Below are positions 37,965 through 50,714 of a DNA stretch of 64,000 nucleotides, in pieces. Both the position numbers and the translations under genes were made by a program. The stretch is from Eledone cirrhosa (taxonomy: Eukaryota): positions 389,794,001 to 389,858,000 of the forward strand of contig OZ024741.1 of assembly GCA_964016885.1 (NCBI GenBank), read 5' to 3'. Under the pieces are notes generated by a model that did not search any database, was not told where the DNA came from, and saw nothing but the letters and a program-made list of their open reading frames with translations. How positions within the stretch are numbered: position 1 is the stretch's first letter; each line of letters opens with the position of its first letter.

Positions 37965-40900
37965 TCAGAGAAATGGTTGTAAACATGAAAAATACCCCCG
38001 ATGAGGAATGCACCTCCCAACATTACCTGGTAGTCAGCATCTTTAGAGTCAGAACCAGACAGGCACAGTCAGACGGTAACCTGGAGGAGAAGGATATGGA
38101 AGCTGACGGAGCTCCCAGCTTGTATCAAATTCAGGAGTCTCCTACTTGACACTTTTGGTAGCAAGGAAGAAGAAATAAAGACATACGATATAGAGGAGCA
38201 GTTGGGGTTCCTGAGAGGTAGCCTACCGAAAACAACAAATGTGATACGTGGTTGCAGCAAAGCCCCAGGGAAGAGCAGTAGAACCACCTGGTGGTGCAAT
38301 AACAAGGTGAACATGGCAATTAAAGCCAAAAGACATGAATGGAAAAAAATGGTAAAACAGAGGTAGCAGACACCTGTACGATGAAGCTAGGAGAGAGGCT
38401 AGATGGCAAGTATACCTGGCAAGAAGTGAAGCAGAAAATAAAAAGTTTAAGCATGTATTAGAACGTGAGGACCAAAAAGGAGAGGTGTTCAGGATTGCAA
38501 GGCAATGTGTCAAGGAAAGGTGAGATCTTATCGGGAAGAAATGTGTTTGTAACGACAACGACACACTTGCCGTCATCGACACTGAAAAGAATGCTGCCTG
38601 GAAATGCCACTATGAGAGGCTGATGAACAAAGAAAACGCTTGGGAGATAAACAGCCAACCCCAAGCACACCCAACAGAAGGTTCAACTGTACGCGAGAAC
38701 AGCCTAGTAAGTAAGAACATGAAGATGGGTAAAGCAGCCAGACCAACAGGTGTAGTTGCTGAGATGTTGAAAGCATCTTGGACTGTAGGACACACCCTAA
38801 CTACCCTTATTGTAAACCAAGTAATACAGAATGATGTAATTCCCAGTGACTGGATTAGCAGCATCTTCATCAACTGCTACAAGAGTAAAGGAGATGCCCC
38901 AGAGAGGAGTAACTACATAGGCTTAAAGCTGATTGACCAGGTCATGAAAGTTACAGAAAGAGTCATTGCACAACTGATTAGAGATTGTATACACCTAGTC
39001 GAGATGCAGTTTGGATTTATGCTGGGAAAAAGCACCACCAATGCCCTCTTCCTTGTGAGGCAAATGCAGGAGAAGTACTTGGCTAAAAGCAAGCCACTCT
39101 ACCTAGCATTCGTGGATCGAGAGAAAACTTTTGACAGAGACCCTTGACCCATAATCTGGTGGGCCCTCAGAAAACAAGGAGTAGATGAGTGGCTTGTATG
39201 AGCAGTACAGGCCATGTACAGAGGGGCCACCAGCAAAATTAAAATCAACAATGAATACAGTGAAGAATTCAGCCTACAGGTGGGGTTTCCCCGGGGTTCC
39301 ATTCTTAGCCCCCTCCTCTTCATTATTGTCCTACAGGCTATAACAGAGGAATTTAAGACTGGTTGCTTATGGAAACTCCTAAATGGCGAAGACCTCATTC
39401 TCTTAACCGATTCTATGACAGAATTAGAGAAGAAATTTTGGACATGGAGGCACAGCTTGGAAATATAAGGCCTTAAAGTCAACCTGGTTAAGACCAAAAT
39501 CCTAGTGTGCAGAAAAAGAAACGGCTCTGATACTCTCCGAGAAATGGCCCTGATTGGTATGCAAGAAAGGAGTCAGCAGAAACTCAATCCAGTGTCCCAA
39601 ATACAAACTGTGGGTACGCAAGAGATGTAGTGGGAAAACAGGCAGGCTATCAAAAAACACAAACTTCATATGTGAACGCTTCATGGAGGTAGTAAACGAA
39701 GATCCTCAGGTAGCATGCTCCTTCAATTGCACAGAAGACCCCATAGAAATAGTTGATAGCTTCTGCTATCTGGGTGACCAAATCAGCTGGGGAGGTGGTT
39801 GCACAGAAAGCACAGTTGCCAGAGTAAGAATGGAATGAAAACAGTTCAGGGAGCTACTGCCGTTGCTATCTACAAAGGTTTTCTTACTCAAGATAAAAGG
39901 CAAGTTGTACAATGCCTGTGTGTGCACTCAGCAATGCTACATGGAAGTGAATCATGGACTCTGCATGCTGAGAATCTATGGAGGTTGGAAAGAAACGAAG
40001 TCTGCATAATCAGATGGATGGGGAATGGCAAAGTGTAAATGAATTGAGAGCGAAATGACATAAGAGGGATCAAATGCTGTGTGCAGGAGAGAAGACTGTA
40101 GTGGTATTGTCATGTGATGCGCATGAAGGATGACAGTTGTTTAAAAATGTGCAGGGCTTTAAAGGTTGTAGGACACCCAAAAGCGGTAAACCCAGGAAGA
40201 CGTGGAACGAAATGATAAAGGTAGACCTGGCTCAGCTGAATCTCCCAATGAGGATGACACAGGACCAAGTCCTCTGGTACTACATTGTGTGACAAAAGAC
40301 CTGTATCGACAACTCAAACCCGGACAGGGCTCATACCAACGTCACCCAGCTCCACACTGCAAATATGGTCGACGGCAGGCCCACCCAGTAACATAGCACC
40401 CTTTATGAGTGATGTTTGATGTGGCTAACTGGCCCAACCTCCCTCATAAACTATGGTTCCATTGTGAGCAGGGTATGATGCAGCTAACTGGCCTGCCCCT
40501 CCTCATAATGGTGCCATCCAATTCTACAAGGATTCAATGCAGCCAACTGGCCTGTCCCTCCTCATAGTAATGCCATCCAGTTCCAAGCTCCAAAACTATG
40601 GTTCCACTGAGAGGGGTTTGGTGCAGCCAACTGGACTGTGCCTCATAACGGTGCCATTCAGTACCACACTCTATAAACGTGTTTGAGGCTCGTGAACTAT
40701 GGTTCCACTGTGAGAAGGGTGCAGTGTGGCCAACTGGTCTGTCCCTCCTCATTGCAGTGCCATCAAGTTCCACACTCCCAAACTATGGGTCCACTCTGAG
40801 AAAGGGTCAGCGCGGCCAACTGGCCTGTCCCTCCTCTTAAAGGTGCCATCCAGTTCCAGGCTCCCACACTATTGTTTTGTTGTGAGAAGAGTTTGGCACA

Positions 40901-41515
40901 GACAACTGGGTTGTCCTTTCCCATAACAGTGCCATCCAGTTCCACACTGTAAATGTGATATGGCGCCCAAATTATAAGAAGAGTTTGGTGTGGCCAACTG
41001 CCTTGTCCCTGCCCATAGCGGTGCCATCCAATTGCACAGAGTAAATGTGGTCGCATCTCCCAAACGTATTCTGTTGTCATGTACAGCGTGGCCAACTGTC
41101 CTGCTCCTCCTCCTCGTAATGGTGCCATCTAGTCCACACTGTTAATGTGGGTGTGGTTCCCAAACTTTGCTTCTGCTGTGAGAAGGGTTTGGCATGGCCA
41201 ACTGACCTGTCCCTTTTCATAATGGTACCATCCAGTTCCTGGATGGTACCATTATGTGACTGCAGCTCCCAAATTATGACTCCACTGTGAGAAGGGTTTG
41301 GTGCAGCCAACGGTCTTTCTCTCCTCATAGCAGTGCCATCCAGTTCCATACTGTAAATGTGGTTGGTGTGAGGAATGGCATCCAGCTGTAAAAATTCTGG
41401 CCAAATTTATAGTCCCCTCTAAGCCAGGTACGGTGCGGCCAATTCAGGCCACACTTGTCTCGTGACGTGGGCAAGCATGGAATATGGACGTTAAACAGTG
41501 ACTATGATGATGATA
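37965..41515 (+). mobile_element. Degenerate RTE LINE with long, internally repetitive 3' UTR
   Basis: Broken RT/PHD frames at 38623-40038. Imperfect repeats of ...ggccaactggcctgtccctcctc...gtgccatccagttcc... at 40400-41400. gatgatgat tail at ~41506-41514. Confidence 0.9.
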
Positions 41516-41825
41516 TATACAAGGAAGCATGAGTGAAGTCAAGGTTGCATCATAAATAAACTTTATTGCATTTGGCAATTGTTTCGATACCGATCATCTC
41601 TGGGTTCAATCTTAATGATCAGGGCTCTTCTCTGCATCGAGATATTATCAGATAAGCCTTAACCCTGGAGTACACAGAAATATAAATCCCACACGAGCTG
41701 AACCCTCATAACAGCAAAGAGTGCTTTAACTTGTGAACTGCCTGTAACTATAGTTGCACACATATCTATACCATATATATATATATATATATATAAAAGA
41801 ATAGAGGTGTAACACACGAGTTATG

Positions 41826-42210
41826 ATATATTGGTAAACGGAAAAGAAAATGCTGACAAATTGTTCCCAGTGAAAAATAGTTTAATTAGGAATAAGTAAA
41901 AATTAGTAATAGTATTGGTTAGTATTCAGTTTTGGTTTTAAGTTTTACCGGTTGCGCATTTCTAATGCTTTTCAAAAATAATTTTGAGATAGAGCGCCCG
42001 TGATGTTTGCTCTAATCTGATTAGAGCAAACATCACGGGCACTCTATCTCAAAATTATTTTTGAAAAGCATTAGAAATGCGCAACCGGTAAAACTTAAAA
42101 CCAAAACTGAATACTAACCAATACTATTACTAATTTTTACTTATTCCTAATTAAACTATTTTTCACTGGGAACAATTTGTCAGCATTTTCTTTTCCGTTT
42201 ACCAATATAT
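41826..42210. repeat. 385-bp near-perfect palindrome (192-bp arms, 1-nt spacer at 42018)
   Basis: Arms are reverse complements with one visible mismatch (gagCgcccg / cgggcActc). Sits between (TA)n runs. Confidence 0.95.
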
Positions 42211-43299
42211 ATATATATATATTTGTATGTGTGTGTGTGTGTGTGTATTTATTTATTTATTTCCTTTATTCTCCACTGCCCCATGACTTTCACATTATCT
42301 TTTTCACCCTCCCCATTTAAACATCCTGTCCCCCTCCCCCAAAACAACCTACTTCATTCCTACCTTCACTTGGGTTTTTTCCAGTTTATACTGTCTGTCT
42401 TGTATGATGATCCTGTGAGTACAAAGGTGAAACTTCTGTGTAACGATACTCATCACTTAGCTATAATAAAGAATATATATGTATGTGTGTGCATTATTTC
42501 TGTGGTAAGGGTGTTGGACTTTCGATTATAATGTGGTTTTGATTCCTGGACTGGGTTGTATGTTGTGTTCTTGAGCAAAACACTTCATTTCATGTTGCTC
42601 CAGTATACTCAACTGAAAATGAGTACCAGCAATACCAGGGGAGTTGTGTACTCTCAGTTGCTTCACACTAGATAAGCACTGGCCTCATGAGTTTCCAGAC
42701 TCAAGACAGACTTTAAACTTTTAGGAAGACTTAGGATCTAATGTTTGTTGTTATTACTTCCGTTTTTTATTATATCCATTTGGATCTACAATATTTCCAT
42801 ATTTATATGATTAAAACACACCAAAAGCAGTCATATCTATATGTAAACAGGAACCAATGTTTTAACCTACTTCTTGCTGGCCTAACCAATCAATATTTCT
42901 TCCATACTGCCAAAACAATAGAAGCTTGTATTGAGTAAGTTGGCTGGAAGAAAAAACAAAAACAATATAACTTCTTCCTTCTACACATGTAGATAGTAAA
43001 AATAACCCCCCCCCCCCCAAAAAAAAACCTAGTTGATTTTTTAAGTTGTCTTTTTTCTTTTTAAATTATTTTCAATTCATCAATAATGATCTACTCATAT
43101 TTTGTGATAAAAACTAGTTATTCATGAAGGTGCTGTTTTTTTCATAGTCAGCCATGTCTGTTTGTTGTGAAAGGAAAAATAAATATCAGTATTTCTTCAA
43201 TGAGTTGAATAATCTTTTGCATCAGCATGTGAATATATTTATATGATTGAGGGAGGGGATGGGGTGTGGTGTGGTGGAACTATTTAAAAAAAGTATTTT

Positions 43300-43545
43300 A
43301 GTTGTGGTAAGGATTTTGGACTTGCGATTATAATGTTGTGGGTTGTGTGTTGTGTTCTTGAACAAAACACTTCATTTCACATTGCTCCAGTACACTTAGC
43401 TGAAAATGAGTAGCAGCAGTAACTGGGGATTTATCCCTGTGATGGACTGGCCTCCCGTCCAGGGGAGAGTCTTATACTCTCAGTCACTTAACGCCATGGA
43501 AACTGGGATAAGCACTGGTCTGATGAGCCTCCAGGCTTGAGACAA
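43300..43545 (+). mobile_element. tRNA-derived SINE with conserved central domain (cctgtgatggactgg...ccaggggag...ggaaactgggataagc)
   Basis: Related copies at ~21500-21765(-), 42500-42720(+) and 55350-55600(+). Confidence 0.75.
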
Positions 43546-43639
43546 ATGTTTGTATTATAGAATCCTTTGTGTTTTATTAGCTGGATAGTCAGACAAGCAA
43601 AGATATCATGGAATCTGGACCATCTTTATACACTAATGC

Positions 43640-43850
43640 AGATCCTTTTGCATGTTACACCATGTTGAGCCTAATTATTAAATTTCAGAGTTAAAATCCC
43701 TTCAGTACTGGTGCCAACCAGATTGTCCAGAGTGGATGGGGAAAAGCCCTGTGGTCTTATCCTTTGCTCTTGGGTTAGAGGTAGATATCTCATATGGGAT
43801 GCCACAGTTAGTGACTCTTTAATTCCTTCCCAAATGCATTTCACTATTAG
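43640..43850 (+). mobile_element. CRE-like restriction-like endonuclease fragment
   Basis: From 43696: IPSVLVPTRLSRVDGEKPCGLILCSWVRGRYLIWDATVSDS (cf. PS.LEP.GL.R.DGKRPDG...PW..G..L.WD.T). Confidence 0.7.
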
Positions 43851-45229
43851 CTGCCATATTAAACTAGATTGATCAAATTCTCATGGAGCTATACTTAGCT
43901 TTATCTTGGGTTATCCTTTGTCCCTAATGGAAATATCATCTATTTATGACATGAATTTCAAAAGATTTAATAATACAAGTAACCTCATTATCAAGCTTAT
44001 GTTTGAAGCATAACTTAATAAAGGTTCTTACATAAAACTGTAATGGATGGTTTTCAGATATATAAAGAAACACTTTTCAGTTTTCTATAGTAGAACCAGG
44101 GCAATTTCAGGTAGTTTGGTATCAAAAGGTTTAAATGCGTGATTCTTATTTGTGATTATTTGGAACTATTAATAAATCTTCAAATTTTCCATGATGTAGG
44201 GAAAATTGAAATATATACATATAACACAAAACATTAACATTAGATAAAATAACACATACGTCAGTTATAGAAAAGTAAAGGAACTTTAATTTCTTTAAAT
44301 TTTTTATGAAATTAGAATGGGAAAAATGTTGTTGCCATTCAAACACCTTCTAATTAAGTTTTAATTTTACATGTTTTTCTTTCTGGTCTTTTTCTTTGCT
44401 AACATGTCACCACTTTGCATTTGTTAAAAATAGTGAAATATTTTCATCAGATATAGTTGAACATTATTGTTATTATTCCAAGAATCTGGCAAAAGTCCTC
44501 ATGTTTTGATTACAGTTTCAATTAAATTTTTACTTTAGAAAAATGTCTTGCGAGAATATGGATTGAATAATTTATGCCATTTTTGCTCATCACTTAATAA
44601 GGAGATGTTCGTCAATTCAAAATTGATTTCTTTTGACTAGAGCCAAGGCTAGGTTATTCAGGTCTGGTATGTTGTTAGATTCAACTACCCCTGCATATTT
44701 ATTACTGATACTTATTGATCTTGGAGAGATGAAAAGCAAAATGGAATCTAGTAGATGTAATGAGATGAGACTAAATACTGTTCCAATATTTCTGCCAACT
44801 TCTCTTAGATAACTTTTTTCATATCAGTACAATGCCAAAAATATATTTGAGAAGGGTACCAATTATTACATCGACTTCAGTTTACTATTGAGACTTATTG
44901 TATTAATCTTAGTAGAATGAAAATCTAATTTGAACTCCAGAATGTAAAGAGAAGAGACTATATATATAATGTAAGGTATTTAGTACGGTGCTAAACCATT
45001 CCTGCTAACTTGCTTCTCTTTCTTTATCCAATATCAACATAGAGTTACTAGTATTTGTTATCTGTAAAAATATAAACAAATTGAAAATCCCATTTGTTAA
45101 AAATAACAGTGGAATCTGTTATCAACTGGTTTTTGTTATTAAAATTACTGGGTCGGAAACTCTTTATTTGTTCTATGTTATCAGAAAATTAATTTGAAAG
45201 TGTTTGGATGAAGCAACTTCCAGCATCAC

Positions 45230-46350
45230 CATCATCATTATCATCGTTTTTACATCCATTTTTCCACACTTGCATAAGTTGATCAGGTCCTTCTCTTTGT
45301 TGCGTTCCTTCGTCATCTCCTCTGCCAAGTCTTAGCAATTTAAGGTCCACTCTCACAACCTCTGCCCAGGTCTTTCTTGGTTGTCCTCTATGGTGGCTTC
45401 GTTCCACTGGGATTTCCTGGCATTTCTTCACCCATCGGTCATTGTCCATAGCAATGCAGTCTTCTCTCTTGCACACTACCTTGGGTTCCTCTTAAACCCA
45501 ACTTCTCCCTTAGCTTGTCTAAGCTCTGCCTTTCTCTTACACTTACATTGTACATCCAACGAAGCATGGTTGCTACACATGTCCTCTGCAGTCACAGCCA
45601 ATATTTCATTACCATGCAGCATCATACTCCACACACAGGCGTCATACAGCTGTCCTTTTGTTGTCAACAGTGGGAGTAATTTTCTAAACTTCTTCCACCC
45701 TATCCTTATTCTAACTATTATATTCTCCCATGGATAGCCCATTTTAAACTCCTCTGTTATGGCCTGAAGAACTATGATGAACAGCAGTGGGCTAAAAACT
45801 GAACCTTGATAAACTCATACCTGTACTTTGAATTCCTCATTAAACTCATTTCCTTCTCTCACTTTCCTGGCAGCTCCTATGTACATAGCTTGCACTGCTC
45901 TCCCAAACCATTATTTTACACCTAGTTTCCTTAAGGACCACCAGATAATAGATTAACAAAAGCTAAATATAGTGGCTTATTTTTGGCTAGGATCTTCTCT
46001 TGTAGTTGCCTCACTAAGAAGAGGACATCTGTAGTAGATTTCCCAGGTACAAAACTGAACTGCATCTCATCTACTTTGACTCTTTCCTTAATTAACTGTG
46101 CTATAACTCTTTCTGTCACTTTCATAACTTGGTCCATTAGTTTTATTCCTCTATAGTTGCTCCTCTCTAGAGCATCACTTTTGACCTTGTAGCAATTTAT
46201 TATTGTACTGCTGTGCCAGTTATTGGGTATGACTCCATCATGTATTATTTGATTTACTATGCGGATTACTAGTTTGACTCCTACCTTTCCCAATGCTTTT
46301 AACATCTCAGCAACTATTTCTGATTGTCCTGCAGCTTTACCATTCTTCAT
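45230..46350 (-). mobile_element. Internally deleted RTE LINE, left arm of head-to-head pair
   Basis: RT fragments 45931-46350 and 45476-45742, catcat tail at ~45230-45245. Confidence 0.88.
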
Positions 46351-46975
46351 CCCCTTAAGGAAGGACCCATAGAAGTGGTTGATAGCTTCTGCTATCTAGG
46401 CAATGTATTTAGTAATGGAGGAGGGTGCTCTGAGAGCATAATAGCTAGAGTAAGGATAGGATGGAAAAAGTTCAGAGAGCTACTATCACTATTAACCACA
46501 AAAGGTTTCTCTCTACATACAAAAGGACAACTGTATGACACCTGTGTGCAATGCTACATACTAGTGAGCTGTGACTGCAGAGGATGTGTGTAGGCTGGAG
46601 AGAAATGAAGCAACCATGCTCTGTAGGGTGTGCATTGTTAAGTGTGAGAGAGATGAGAGCTTGGACGAGTTGAAGAAGAAGCTGGGTTTAAGAGGAATCC
46701 GAGGTGGTGTGCAGGAGTGAAGACTGTGTTGGTTTGGACATGAGATGTGCATGGATAATGATCGTTGGGTGAAGAAGTGCCAGAAAATGCCATTGGAATG
46801 AAGTTACCGTAAAGGTAGACCAAGAAAGAACTGGGCAGAGGTTGTGAGAGCTGACCTCAAATCGCTGAGACTCACAGGTGATGACAAGGGATTGCAATAT
46901 GTGGAGTGATGCCTTTCTGAGAAGGGCCTGTCCAACCCATGCAAGTGTGGAAAAGACATAAAAATGATAATGATG
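46351..46975 (+). mobile_element. RTE LINE 3' fragment, right arm of head-to-head pair
   Basis: EGPIEVVDSFCYLGN...ARVRIGWKKFREL, ending in an aatgataatgatg tail. Confidence 0.88.
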
Positions 46976-47095
46976 TATTTATAGCTTCCATCTTATTCCG
47001 TCCATTTAGTTTCGACTTGAGAATAAGTCTCAGTCTGTGCATGTATTCCACCTTAAATTTTTCTTTCATTTCTTCCTGCATTATCCATTATCTTA
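46976..47095 (-). mobile_element. R4/Dong-like non-LTR fragment
   Basis: MKEKFKVEYMHRLRLILKSKLNGRNKMEAINT resembles the post-RT motif KEY..R...ILKS.LN..N...AINT. Confidence 0.6.
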
Positions 47096-47514
47096 TCAAC
47101 TTCCAATATCCCTTGTTGTTGTTGTTTAATATCAATAATCTAATGATATTAATCATTAATAATTATGATATTTTGAAATGTTTTCATACTGGATGAAATT
47201 TCTCATTGTTTTTTCACTAAATAAATGGAATAGATCTGCCTTTTGCTAAGACCTCTATTTCTACAGTGAAAACACTTTTATACCATAATACCAACTAAAT
47301 AGGTCTTATTTTGTTTGCTTTATTACATATATATATAGTATATTTAAAATTTCATACACTTAACATGTATGCACAACCTTATGTTTCGCGGTCCAGTTAT
47401 GGTCAACACTGTATAGGTATAACATTTTATATATACTGAATATGCTCTCTTGCAATAGATTGAGCATTTTTTCCCTTAGATACCCTGCATATACTCACAC
47501 AGGTACATAAAAGA

Positions 47515-48570
47515 TGTAGGCAAGCTATCTAAGAATGTAGATTTTATATGTGGTAGATGCTCAGGTGCAATAAGTAGTAAGTGTCCACTGGATACTAGCT
47601 TCTTCAACTGCCCAGATGGTTCTATAGAAATAATAGACACTTTCTGTTACCTGGGTGACAAAATCAGCAGCGGAGGAGGGTGCTCTGAAAGTACAGTAGC
47701 CAGAGTTAGAACGGGATGGAAAAAATTCAGAGATCTAATACCACTGTTGGCCACAAAAGGTTTCTCTCAAAAAATGAAAGACAGATTGTATGATGCTTGA
47801 ATATGAACAGCAATGTTACATGGCAGTGAGACCTGGACACTGTGTGCAGAGGACCTGCGTAGATTGGAAAGGAACGAAGCATGCATGTTCTGTTGAATGT
47901 GTAATAGTAATATACACAAACGGCAAAACATAAACAAACTAAGTGAGAAATTAGGAATAAGAGGAAACAGATGCAGTTTAGTTGAAAGGTGATTATGTTG
48001 GTATGCTTATGTGATGCACATGAAAGACAACCGCTATGTAAAAAAGTGGAGGGCGATCAAAGCTGGTGGAAGCTATGGAGTAGGTAGACTGAGAAAAACC
48101 TGGACGACATGATAAAAACTGACCTTGCATACTTACACCTCTCTAGGACAATGTCACTGGATCGAAACCTTTGGCACTACGCAGTAATACAGAAGCCCCA
48201 CTTTCCCTTACGTATGAAGTTAAACCTACAGTCAGTAGGCACTTCTTAACCAAATATACACCTCACCCCACTATCTACTCCATCCTCCCACTTTCACCCA
48301 CACCACCTTTCTCTGTAAAGTTATGTTGGTACCACAGAACATCCAGTCCACACTGTAAGGTGGTTGTGTAGGAGACATGGTAAAAAGGCTCCCAGTTCAC
48401 ACTGTAAATGTGGTTGGTATTAGCAAGGGCATCCAACTGTAGAAAACCTGCCAGATACAGTTCTATATGAGCAAGACACGGTCACCTGACCAATCTTGCC
48501 TCAAGTGGGTCAATCCCATCTAACCCAAGCTAGCATGGAAGATGGATGTTAAATGATGATGATGATGATG
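47515..48570 (+). mobile_element. RTE LINE 3' fragment
   Basis: Similar to the reverse complement of 7916-9000, with a (GAT)n tail at ~48553-48570. Confidence 0.9.
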
Positions 48571-48684
48571 TATATGAAATTGCTAGTAACATGTGCTTAC
48601 GCCGTATTTGACTAAATAAAATTAGTCTATTAGTTGGGATTTAAAAAAAACCTGAATGGAAAAAAGGATGAGTATTCACATACA

Positions 48685-48745
48685 CGGGACATGAACCCAC
48701 ATCTTTGGTTTGCCAGACCAATGTTACTACCAATACGCCACCCAC
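48685..48745 (-). mobile_element. Isolated tRNA-derived SINE head or tRNA pseudogene
   Basis: gtggcgtattggtag...ggtctggcaaacc...gtgggttcatgtccc has A- and B-box-like motifs and an anticodon arm, but no good acceptor stem. Confidence 0.5.
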
Positions 48746-48859
48746 ACTTTCTTCCTTTCAATTAGAAGCTATAACCATAGCATGTAAAATATATATTTAG
48801 AAAGAAAGCAAGCAGGCTTTGTTTATAAACAGCAAGCAAATTTTGTATCTCTCTCTCTC

Positions 48860-48932
<73 letters not shown>

Positions 48933-50714
48933 TAAGGAAACAGTGGATTTAAAAGAAATAAAATTGAAATATATAACCACTTGGAAATTTGCCCTGTAAA
49001 ATTAGTACAATGAAGGATATTTCAATTATTTCATTAAAAAACATTGGTTATTAAAATTTAGGGTAAGAAAGAAGGATGCAAAACAAATTGTTTACCAGCA
49101 AAAATACTCATAATTTATGTGGAGAGATTAAGAGATTGAATTTTCCTGTTTTGCCCTTGTAATATTTCTATGATCTTATATTTAGATATTACCTGGGTTG
49201 TGATGTTTATTGAAAATAGTAATAAGTATGTCTTCAGTTTTTCTTTGGTATACTTTAATGTTAATAGTTTTTAGTGTCTTGTCTTCAATTTTACTCTTCA
49301 TTTTTCTGACCTAAACTTGTGTCGCATTTATTTCATTTTAGTAGCCTTGTATAACAGTTCTTGTACAGTCTTGTTTAAAAATTCTTATACACAATTCTTA
49401 GGGAATTCTTTCAATCTTTTCAGTTCACATTTCATGCTCAATTGATCATTTCTGTAGTCAACTTTAGATATAGCTTTTTTTCCTGTTTAATGCTTCTATA
49501 ATGTAATAACTTTGTTGTTATAAATACAGTATACAGTTTTATGACAAAAGTTATTCTGTTATAATTTTTGTAATAAATTTAATTCAATGAATATTAACCA
49601 TTCTGCATTTTTTTTAAATTACATCTTCTTTATCATAATTGTTCTGACCTTTGCAATTATTCTTTAAGACATAATCAACAAAGCTTTCTGACTTCACATA
49701 TGGTTCATCTCCTATTCAACTTCTTCAGTTTTGAGGCTTTGCTTTATTAGAAAATTTTTCCTTAGTTCTTCTTTGTGTACTTTATTCACACTGTTAGCAA
49801 TCATCTATCATTTATATCAATATCTAAATTAATTGGAACATCTTTTAAAAAAAATGAAATCACAAATCATGGTCATCAGTAGAAGCTTTGTTAAATCAGT
49901 CCCTTAACTACAAATTTCTTGCTATATCAGTTAACTGTATGCTATTTCAATAATTTATCTTTAAACATGTCTCCATCTGCCTATTTAGTTTAATAAAATC
50001 TCATATCAAAGTATCTCATCAGAGCGTTAAATGGCTCATTGTTTCACACTGTTGCAAATTTTAATATTGAATTCATAATGAAATTTTTAATTAACATTTT
50101 TTGTTTTTCTTGTATTTTATATTCATTTTCTTTAAAAAAAAATGTTCTATTATTGATTGTTCTTTAAGTTTGAATTGCTTCAGTCTTCATGATTAGTATT
50201 TCCTTTGTCTTTTCTTTGTTTACTTTTTTGTTTTTATAATGGTTATGAGTTGCATCCAAGTTTTTATACATCTTCATTAATATCCACGTCTTCTTGTCTC
50301 TTCCTTTAACATTTTGTGAATTAAAAATAAAATAAAATATTTCAAATAATTTGTATTTAAATAGAATTTTTAAGTGCTTTAATTTTTTATTGACATTTTG
50401 TATTCTATGAGTTCCTTGTATGAAAATTATATTGGTAAAAGAATGCACTGATGTATTTAGCATTATTTTACATATCATTCATTTTCAATATACTGTTTCT
50501 GGCAGTAAGGGTTCATCCCAAGCCCCAGAGTGCTTACTGTCCCAAAGTGAAGTATAGCACAGCTAGGTAGAACAGATGTTTTGTTGAAATACCAAATGTT
50601 AATAATTGGCAGGTGTGTGCATACACACACACATATGTACCCATAGCTTGCACACATACACACACACACAAGTATGTGTGAGTATTTGTGTCTGAGAATG
50701 ATTGTTGCAGAGTT

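Noticed and set aside
43519-43545. CTGATGAGCCTccAGGC hairpin
   Set aside because: Part of a SINE tail with no GAAA. The paralog at 55569 reads ctgatggg.
48685-48745. Functional tRNA gene
   Set aside because: Acceptor stem and T-loop are degenerate, so a SINE head or pseudogene is more likely.
50010-50050. Possible type II hammerhead on the minus strand (GAAAC...GAGC...GCTCTGATGA)
   Set aside because: No stem III or cleavage triplet. Consistent with chance.
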